The notes under the pieces are model-generated. The model had not been told where the DNA came from and did no database searches. It saw only the letters and a list, made by a program, of their open reading frames with translations. Made by a program: the position numbers and the translations under genes. 31,814 nucleotides of DNA from a virus (taxonomy: Duplodnaviria > Caudoviricetes): IMG/VR virus record IMGVR_UViG_3300020045_001707, positions 1-31,814 of that record; one strand, written 5' to 3'. Of the stretch, positions 1-5,980 are shown in pieces. Position 1 is the first letter of the stretch; every line of letters begins with the position of its first letter.

Positions 1-344
1 CGAACTATCGTCGAATTCTCGTCGAAACAAGGGTATTTCTTATTAGGACGGTCTATTTTTTGGTGAGCCCATCCCATTACATGCCAGTATTTACGGCCTT
101 CTGCCTCATATTCAGCTATCAATCCTTGGTTTAATAATTCACCAATAAAACCTGAAATTTGAGCAACAGAAAAATCATCGCCAGGGAATACCTCCATTTT
201 TATCGTCTTCACACTAACGGGATGATTTCCACCGTCATCGCAGAAATTCCACATACCAACGAACAGTAGTCGAGCAATCGGCGAGCATTCGACGATTTTT
301 TCATCCGTCCAAAATTCAGGCTTTATGGATCGAATCCTAGCCAT
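1..344 (-). CDS. Phage replication initiator-like protein, N-terminal part (runs off the window edge)
   Basis: Not in ORF track. Manual translation from ATG at 344: MARIRSIKPEFWTDEKIVECSPIARLLFVGMWNFCDDGG..., an N-terminus typical of phage replication/replisome-organiser proteins; frame open to position 1. Confidence 0.8.
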   Translation of the reverse strand, partial: MARIRSIKPEFWTDEKIVECSPIARLLFVGMWNFCDDGGNHPVSVKTIKMEVFPGDDFSVAQISGFIGELLNQGLIAEYEAEGRKYWHVMGWAHQKIDRPNKKYPCFDENSTIV

Positions 345-498
345 TTTTCAGCCCATACTCAATTTCCATTTTGGTTATTTGCTCATAGCTTCTTTTTTTC
401 ACAAGCTCACATAACCGCATTTGATTGTTACGATTTGGTTTTTTAATAAAATCAGCCAAAGCATCTGCAATTAAAACCTCACGCTCTTGGTCGTTCAT
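337..498 (-). CDS. Small hypothetical protein (53 aa)
   Basis: Manual translation MNDQEREVLIADALADFIKKPNRNNQMRLCELVKKRSYEQITKMEIEYGLKNG; GGAG RBS; overlaps both neighbours (ATGA overlap upstream). Confidence 0.7.
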   Translation of the reverse strand: MNDQEREVLIADALADFIKKPNRNNQMRLCELVKKRSYEQITKMEIEYGLKNG

Positions 499-656
499 TT
501 TTTAGACTCCCGTTGTTTAAGCACACGCGCCACGCTTGCCGCGCTCACGTTCCACTCACGCCCTGGCTGTGTCGCCACCAGATCACCGCGCTTAATCATC
601 TTTAATACACCGTTTGGTGTGTAGCCTAGTTTCGCTGCTGCTTCCTTAATTGTCAT
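495..656 (-). CDS. Excisionase/MerR-like winged HTH DNA-binding protein (53 aa), in the Cro position
   Basis: Manual translation MTIKEAAAKLGYTPNGVLKMIKRGDLVATQPGREWNVSAASVARVLKQRESKK fits the HTH_17 pattern (MT..EAA..LG....V...I..G.L.A...G..W.V); AAGGGG RBS. Confidence 0.8.
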   Translation of the reverse strand: MTIKEAAAKLGYTPNGVLKMIKRGDLVATQPGREWNVSAASVARVLKQRESKK

Positions 657-683
657 GCCGTACCCCTTGGTTAAGATGCCCTA

Positions 684-712
684 ACTATATTCTCTTTACG
701 GTATCTTTGCAA
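684..712 (-). promoter_or_regulatory. Leftward early sigma70 promoter
   Basis: Minus strand TTGCAA-17 bp-TATAGT directly upstream of the HTH gene, with an AT-rich tract upstream. Confidence 0.7.
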
Positions 713-746
713 ATAAAAATATTATCAATAAAAATACAAATAGTTC

Positions 747-775
747 TTGCGCTATCGAATCTACCCGCGTATATT
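747..775 (+). promoter_or_regulatory. Rightward early sigma70 promoter
   Basis: TTGCGC-17 bp-TATATT; A/T-rich UP-like tract 713-745 shared with the leftward promoter. Confidence 0.75.
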
Positions 776-805
776 TCAGCTCATGCCAGCAACACAACAC
801 GGCAC

Positions 806-818
806 CGATCTTTAACAA
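806..818 (+). promoter_or_regulatory. boxA-like antitermination site
   Basis: CGATCTTTAACAA is close to boxA (GCTCTTTAACA), about 25 nt after the predicted start and preceded by a small TGCC/GGCA stem. Confidence 0.55.
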
Positions 819-836
819 GTCGATAGATACACAAAA

Positions 837-949
837 CACCCAACCGCAGCGCGTTGCGTCGGCCTTATGAATAGGCTTAGCTTCGATGTCCAGTGGACTT
901 AATCGCACAAGGTGAGACGCCAGCCAAATAAGCTGAACGTCGATGGGTG
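837..949 (+). ncRNA. Candidate structured RNA 1 (early leader)
   Basis: Closing helix CACCCA(837-842)/TGGGTG(944-949), GCGTC/GACGC helix, and hairpins GCCT..AGGC, GTCC-AGT-GGAC, CAGC..GCTG; no credible ORF. Confidence 0.45.
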
Positions 950-987
950 AAACTTTTAACAGTAACTTAACTTTTGGAATTTTAAAA

Positions 988-1374
988 ATGGCAACTATTA
1001 CTACTTACGTTTGCGATGTATCCGGCAAGTCAAGCACGAATAAAAATGAATTTGTTTTTGTAAATGTATCCATTGAGGCGCTACCTATTAACTACGACCG
1101 CCAGACGCAAAAACTTAGCAATAACTATGATGCAGCGGAACGTAAATCCTTTGCAATTCACAGTGAAGAAGCAATAAAACTTGGCCTTGTAAAGAAAAAA
1201 GTATCGTCTGATTTGGATTCTCCAGCCATCACACCATCGCTTGATAAAGTTTTGGTTATGCTTTTGAAAGATCAATTGCTGATGTTGTTGCTGCTGAAAT
1301 TGAAAGCTCAAATTATCGTCCGTCATAATAAGTTCTCTCCGTACAGCAGCTCGATGTGCTTCGGTATAGTCTGA
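988..1374 (+). CDS. Hypothetical early protein; probably frameshifted near 1250-1275 with the true stop at 1328
   Basis: Likely start MATITTYVCDVSG at 988; the track C-terminus (QLLMLLLLKLK...) looks out of frame, while the alternative frame reads IADVVAAEIESSNYRPS*. Confidence 0.65.
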   Translation: MATITTYVCDVSGKSSTNKNEFVFVNVSIEALPINYDRQTQKLSNNYDAAERKSFAIHSEEAIKLGLVKKKVSSDLDSPAITPSLDKVLVMLLKDQLLMLLLLKLKAQIIVRHNKFSPYSSSMCFGIV

Positions 1375-1554
1375 ATCGAGTAGCGGGGAATTGGCTAGAA
1401 AGTTCCGCTATAAAGCACAGTAGCCATGACAGCTGGAAAGACAGCACCACCACGCAGGGGAATGGCTTGAAAACGACGAAGCGTACCGCGGTGAGTAGTC
1501 GCAGTATTTCCGTTCCCCGCCGTGTTGGTTAAACACACGCCCGTATCTGCGGGC
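1332..1554 (+). ncRNA. Candidate structured RNA block 2 (pseudoknot-capable domain plus long hairpin)
   Basis: CTCGAT/ATCGAG helix with a UUCG hairpin; crossing helices TAGCGG/CCGCTA and TGGCTA/TAGCCA; GCTG-GAAAGA-CAGC hairpin; long GGGGAATGG/CCGTTCCCC stem; GCCCG/CGGGC hairpin. Confidence 0.5.
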
Positions 1555-1574
1555 ATTACTCAACGGAGATATTT

Positions 1575-1754
1575 ATGAGTAATTCACCTTATCCAGATGG
1601 CTGCACGCCAGCCGATATTGACCGTGAAATGGATGACAACGATATAGATCCACCAATATATGACGGATTACGCTGCCCACATTGCAACGAAATCCAAACG
1701 GCAGAAGATGAAGAACATCAAGTCTGCTCAACCTGTGGCAAAGACTGGGATTGA
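1575..1754 (+). CDS. Small acidic zinc-ribbon protein (59 aa)
   Basis: Manual translation MSNSPYPDGCTPADIDREMDD...RCPHCNEIQTAEDEEHQVCSTCGKDWD has two CxxC motifs; GGAG RBS. Confidence 0.75.
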   Translation: MSNSPYPDGCTPADIDREMDDNDIDPPIYDGLRCPHCNEIQTAEDEEHQVCSTCGKDWD

Positions 1755-1757
1755 ATC

Positions 1758-1904
1758 ATGCTTTCATATGACGAATTAATCGAATCATTTTTAAAAAATG
1801 ACAATGAATCACTAGAGCATTACGCAAAAAAATGCCTGAAAAGTGGATATTTATACACCGGGCGTTTTCATGAAGGGAAGCCAGTTTTAGCGAGGTTACA
1901 GTGA
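1758..1904 (+). CDS. Small hypothetical protein (48 aa)
   Basis: Manual translation MLSYDELIESFLKNDNESLEHYAKKCLKSGYLYTGRFHEGKPVLARLQ; tightly packed in the operon. Confidence 0.6.
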   Translation: MLSYDELIESFLKNDNESLEHYAKKCLKSGYLYTGRFHEGKPVLARLQ

Positions 1905-2005
1905 AACGCTTATTCCGATACGCGCTAGACTCTGCGCTGATATTTTTTGGCGCAATGGCGCTGTGTTTGTTTCTAATGATTATTTCCGAGGCGATTAAAT
2001 TATGA
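1901..2005 (+). CDS. Small single-pass membrane peptide (34 aa)
   Basis: GTG start in a GTGA overlap, GAGG RBS; MKRLFRYALDSALIFFGAMALCLFLMIISEAIKL. Confidence 0.55.
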   Translation: MKRLFRYALDSALIFFGAMALCLFLMIISEAIKL

Positions 2006-2081
2006 ACGACGCAAACCACGGCGCGCCGCTATCACAGCAAGAGCGCGAAATTTTGAAATAAATGAAAAGACAAGGTGAATT

Positions 2082-2963
2082 ATGAGTACTCAACTACAGG
2101 CGGCGCGGGTCGTTATCGAAAACACCAGCGCTGAATTTGCAAACGTCAGCGTTGATAATAGTGTTCAGTTTGAGCGTGAGGCTGGCTTTGCAATGCAGAT
2201 TTTGCAGGGCAATGATTACACGCTAAAAGTAGCGATGGGCAATCCTAACGCGCTGAAAGCGGCAATTGTTAATATCGCAGCTATTGGCATCAGTCTGAAC
2301 CCAGCAAGCAAACAAGCATACTTAGTGCCACGTAAAGGGGTTATCTGCCTCGATATTAGCTACATGGGCATGATGCACCTAGCGCAGATCAGCGGCGCTA
2401 TCGAGTGGGGGCAATCGCGCATTGTTCGCGCCAATGACGTGTTTGAGCTTAACGCGATAAACGAAGCGCCAACGCACAAGTGCAACCCATTCAGCAGTGC
2501 AGATCAGCGCGGCGATATTGTAGGCGCTTATGTGGTCGTTAAGACCGACTCAGGCGACTATTTAACGCATACCATGACCATCGACGCGATCAACGCAATC
2601 AAGCAGCGCTCTGAGTCCGTAAAGGCTGGCAAATCATCGCCGTGGCTAACCGACTTCGAAGAAATGGCAAAGAAAACCGTAGTCAAGCAAGCTCATAAAT
2701 ACTGGCCGCGCCGCGAGCGCCTTGATAACGCGATTCATCACATGGATACCGAAGGTGGCGAAGGTTTGGCAGAGAAAGACATTACGCCTAAATATGACCA
2801 TGCCGCACGCATGGAATGGGTGCGGCGTGTTAAAGCGCCTGCCCACGTTGAAACAGCTGTCAATACATGCAAATCAGAAGGCGCTACAGAGGATCAACTT
2901 GCAGAGATTCGCAAAGCTGGCGAACTGGCGCTACAAAAATTAGTCGAGGCTCAAAATGGATAA
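2082..2963 (+). CDS. recT: RecT/Redbeta-family single-strand annealing recombinase
   Basis: GISLNPASKQAYLVPR, ISYMG, IVGAY and SPWLTDFEEMAKKTVVK motifs; adjacent to exonuclease and SSB. Confidence 0.9.
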   Translation: MSTQLQAARVVIENTSAEFANVSVDNSVQFEREAGFAMQILQGNDYTLKVAMGNPNALKAAIVNIAAIGISLNPASKQAYLVPRKGVICLDISYMGMMHLAQISGAIEWGQSRIVRANDVFELNAINEAPTHKCNPFSSADQRGDIVGAYVVVKTDSGDYLTHTMTIDAINAIKQRSESVKAGKSSPWLTDFEEMAKKTVVKQAHKYWPRRERLDNAIHHMDTEGGEGLAEKDITPKYDHAARMEWVRRVKAPAHVETAVNTCKSEGATEDQLAEIRKAGELALQKLVEAQNG

Positions 2964-3678
2964 GCCACTTATTCGCTGCTCAAGTCTTGGAAAGATAATG
3001 GGCTCGGCGCAATCAGTTCCAGAAGATGCGCCAGCACATATCAGAGCAATTGTTGATAGCAAAAAGCGCACAGATGAAGAAAAAAAGACGCTTGAGATTT
3101 ACAAACAAACGATTCTATCTGCCTCGGCAAAAACCTATTTAAACGGCTTAGCAAAGGAAATTATTTACTGCTACAGGAAAAACTTGGAAATCAAGTATTT
3201 CAAAAAAGGTATTGAGTGCGAGCAGTCTCTCATTGATCTTGTAAACCAAGTTTTCGGCATGTTCCTTGAAAAAAACACAGAGCGCCGCAGCGATGAATTT
3301 ATCACGGGCGAACCTGATTTACTTCTTGAAGATACTGTGATCGATGTAAAAAACGCATGGTCACTTGATACATTCCCAGTTACTCCCGAGGAAGCGCATA
3401 GCGACGAATACGAATGGCAAATTCGCGGGTATTTCCGTTTGTTTAACAAGCAATACGGGCGAGTAATTTATGGCTTAGTTGACACTCCAGATGATTTAAT
3501 CCGTTACGAGCAAGAAGATCTGCACCGTGTTTCACATTTGCCGCCAAAAATGCGCCTGACTGTTTGCGAATACACTCGCGACATGGAGAAAGAAGCTTTT
3601 ATGATTGAAAAAGTCAAATCAGCTCAGCAGTACATGCTCAAACAAATCGACCGGATTAACGCAGCACATCAGTTTTAA
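2956..3678 (+). CDS. YqaJ/lambda-exonuclease-like PD-(D/E)xK nuclease
   Basis: IRCSSLGKIM, KKGIECE, ITGEPD...IDVKNAW and YEWQIRGY motifs. Confidence 0.85.
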   Translation: MDKPLIRCSSLGKIMGSAQSVPEDAPAHIRAIVDSKKRTDEEKKTLEIYKQTILSASAKTYLNGLAKEIIYCYRKNLEIKYFKKGIECEQSLIDLVNQVFGMFLEKNTERRSDEFITGEPDLLLEDTVIDVKNAWSLDTFPVTPEEAHSDEYEWQIRGYFRLFNKQYGRVIYGLVDTPDDLIRYEQEDLHRVSHLPPKMRLTVCEYTRDMEKEAFMIEKVKSAQQYMLKQIDRINAAHQF

Positions 3679-3687
3679 GGACAAATA

Positions 3688-4200
3688 ATGGCCTCACTCA
3701 ATAAAGTTTTAATCATCGGTAATCTTGGTAAAGATCCAGAAGTTAAGTTTATGCCAAACGGGAACGCGGTTTGCAATTTCTCGGTGGCAACCACTGAATC
3801 GTGGAAGGATAAGCAGTCTGGTGCGAAGCAAGAAAAAACAGAGTGGCACAACATCACCATGTACGGGAAGATTGCCGAAATCGCAGGACAGTACCTAGTA
3901 AAGGGATCAAGCGTTTATCTTGAAGGCAAGCTGCAAACACGTAAGTGGCAAGATAAACAAACTGGCGCGGATCGTTACACGACCGAAATTATTTGCGATG
4001 AAATGAAGATGCTCGGCGGCAAGCAGGAAGGGCAGCAGCGCCAGCCGGCGCCAGATCAATCTCAGGCAAATGAACCTAAGGCACAGCAGCAAGAAAAGCC
4101 TGCGCGTAATTTTGATGATTTTGAAGATGACATTCCGTTTGCCACATGCGCAGAGCTAAACGACCCACTATTTTCTCGCCACTTCAAACAGGAATGGTAA
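3688..4200 (+). CDS. ssb: Single-stranded DNA-binding protein with a C-terminal extension
   Basis: [14 protein letters not shown]...TEWH...[11 protein letters not shown] fold and DDIPF tip. Confidence 0.95.
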   Translation: MASLNKVLIIGNLGKDPEVKFMPNGNAVCNFSVATTESWKDKQSGAKQEKTEWHNITMYGKIAEIAGQYLVKGSSVYLEGKLQTRKWQDKQTGADRYTTEIICDEMKMLGGKQEGQQRQPAPDQSQANEPKAQQQEKPARNFDDFEDDIPFATCAELNDPLFSRHFKQEW

Positions 4201-4203
4201 GCC

Positions 4204-4431
4204 ATGACAGACAATACACAAATTGCATTGACAAGACGAATCGATGACGCAAAGATTCAAACCGCGCTTAACCTTGATTCGTTAGCGGAGGAAATGACGG
4301 TTATCGCTTGCTCGATGCAGTTTGTTGCTGGATTCGATTCTGCGTGGGCGGCACGGGCAGACGATATCATCGTCATGGCTGCAAAAGTGAAGCAGTGGGC
4401 AAACAACATTGAAGCGGGGAACGCGCCATGA
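4204..4431 (+). CDS. Hypothetical protein
   Basis: 75-aa ORF coupled to both neighbours. Confidence 0.7.
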   Translation: MTDNTQIALTRRIDDAKIQTALNLDSLAEEMTVIACSMQFVAGFDSAWAARADDIIVMAAKVKQWANNIEAGNAP

Positions 4432-4649
4432 ACCTACCGCAAGTGGTCACAGTAACGTCAGGCCATCGCGCGAAACAAATTGGCCTAGCTACCGAACGAG
4501 CCAAACACGGCGATTACTGGGTGCGCTTCTACGCTGTGCATGATCCTAAAACCACGCACAAGCTAGAAATCATTCAGTCGCTTCACAAAGGCCATGCGGC
4601 TTCGATTATGAAGCTGCACGAGTCGGAACTAATCTTCAATGAAACGTAA
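4428..4649 (+). CDS. Hypothetical protein
   Basis: 73-aa ORF with ATGA overlap to the upstream gene. Confidence 0.7.
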   Translation: MNLPQVVTVTSGHRAKQIGLATERAKHGDYWVRFYAVHDPKTTHKLEIIQSLHKGHAASIMKLHESELIFNET

Positions 4650-4714
4650 CTCACTCCCACAGCGATTTTCGGCGTGTTACTCGCGCCGGAATCGTATCAT
4701 TCAGGCGATGAAAA

Positions 4715-5782
4715 ATGGCAAAACAAAAAGCGAAGCGAACGAAGCAATACGATCCCAAGAAAACAGAGCGCATATTGCTGAACGCGCACAACAAGGAAGT
4801 GCTGAAAGAAGCAGCGAAGCCACTTAATAGCGAGCTGGCGCAGATGTATTGCAACCTGCTATCGGTTCATGTTTATCAAATGGTAAACGGCGCGGGTACT
4901 TCGGTGTGTCTCGATGTGTTGTGTTTCTTTGGCATTCTGTCGCGCAATTTAGCGCAACTGGCAAAGGTTGCGTCATCTGTTGGCGACAACACGCTAGAAG
5001 CTATTCAACACGCAGCGGAGACGGCGTATTTCAAGAAAATCCTAAACATGGATTTAAGCACAGGGCAGAAAAAAGCGCTGCTTGAACTGGATAAGTTTTG
5101 TAGCCAGCAGATTAAATCAGCAGCCACGTACCACTTTGCCGACGCATATAAGCACGCGCAAAAATGTGTAGTAGAAATGAACCGCAAGAGTGGGATTGTC
5201 GCTAGCTTCGGGGAAATGCCAGAGCTTGGCCAGCCATTCCTCACTTACGAAAATTTCAAAGACGTGATTAAGCAGGCCAAAGAATCAATCGAAGCACAAT
5301 CAAATTTGCGTTACAAGATCAATCTTTACGCGCTTGAACACGATGAAGCAGCAAGCGACTTAGCACAACAAGAGGCGGACAAAATGGCATTGGATCAGCG
5401 TTTATTTGTAACCGGACAAACACTAGAAAGCGAGGCAGAAAGCCAAATCCAGATTATCAAAAAGCGCAAAGCTGAGCGTGCAGACGGCGGGAAAGCGGCG
5501 AGCATAGCTTGCACGGCTAACTCAGTTCAACGCGTAAAAGACGTACTTGCAAAACTACCGCTATTTTTCACATCACGCACAGCGGACGAATATGTAGAAG
5601 GCATTTACGCCAATGGTTCATCAATGGTGCAAGCAGCGAACCGCCAGAAAATGATTACACCAACTGGTAAAAAAGTTGAGCAGGCCGTGGAATATGCTAA
5701 CCCGATGCACGACGCATACGACGCATGGAAAGAGGCGCAAGATAAGCCAAAGCGCAAAATAGCACCCGAATCACGCGCATGA
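4715..5782 (+). CDS. Hypothetical protein (355 aa, basic N-terminus), last gene of the rightward operon
   Basis: Long ORF ending directly at a terminator; no recognised motif. Confidence 0.75.
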   Translation: MAKQKAKRTKQYDPKKTERILLNAHNKEVLKEAAKPLNSELAQMYCNLLSVHVYQMVNGAGTSVCLDVLCFFGILSRNLAQLAKVASSVGDNTLEAIQHAAETAYFKKILNMDLSTGQKKALLELDKFCSQQIKSAATYHFADAYKHAQKCVVEMNRKSGIVASFGEMPELGQPFLTYENFKDVIKQAKESIEAQSNLRYKINLYALEHDEAASDLAQQEADKMALDQRLFVTGQTLESEAESQIQIIKKRKAERADGGKAASIACTANSVQRVKDVLAKLPLFFTSRTADEYVEGIYANGSSMVQAANRQKMITPTGKKVEQAVEYANPMHDAYDAWKEAQDKPKRKIAPESRA

Positions 5783-5810
5783 AAAAAAGGGGCGTTGCGC
5801 CCCTCTTTTT
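5783..5810. terminator. Bidirectional intrinsic terminator
   Basis: A-tract, AGGGGCG-TTG-CGCCCCT stem-loop, T-tract. Confidence 0.85.
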
Positions 5811-5952
5811 AATCTATTTCTTCTGGCTCGATCAAATCAGCGAGTGAGCTTGGCATGCGAGGCAGACTAGGAAATTGAGCGACAAAAAAGAATTAGCAGA
5901 TGGAGTTCGAAGGGCGATTGAAATTGCAGCGGGGAAGAGAAAGGCAGAATAG

Positions 5953-5980
5953 AAAACGCCCCAGTTAAGGGGCGTTGTTT
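5953..5980. terminator. Intrinsic terminator ending the late region
   Basis: AAAACGCCCC-AGTTAA-GGGGCGTTGTTT immediately after the stop at 5980. Confidence 0.8.

Noticed and set aside
696-908. 70-aa minus-strand ORF as a repressor
   Set aside because: No HTH; it spans both promoters and the leader structure, so it is probably spurious
1189-1211. AAAAAAG slippery heptamer in the first rightward gene
   Set aside because: Wrong phase relative to the reading frame, and the -1 frame stops at 1209-1211
1365-1412. Hammerhead-like arrangement CTGA-ATC-GA..stem..GAAA
   Set aside because: Core has extra bases versus CUGANGA, lacks the G10.1-C11.1 pair and leaves no room for stem III
4639-4827. 62-aa ORF
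   Set aside because: Overlaps the 355-aa ORF by 113 nt and has no clear RBS; left uncalled
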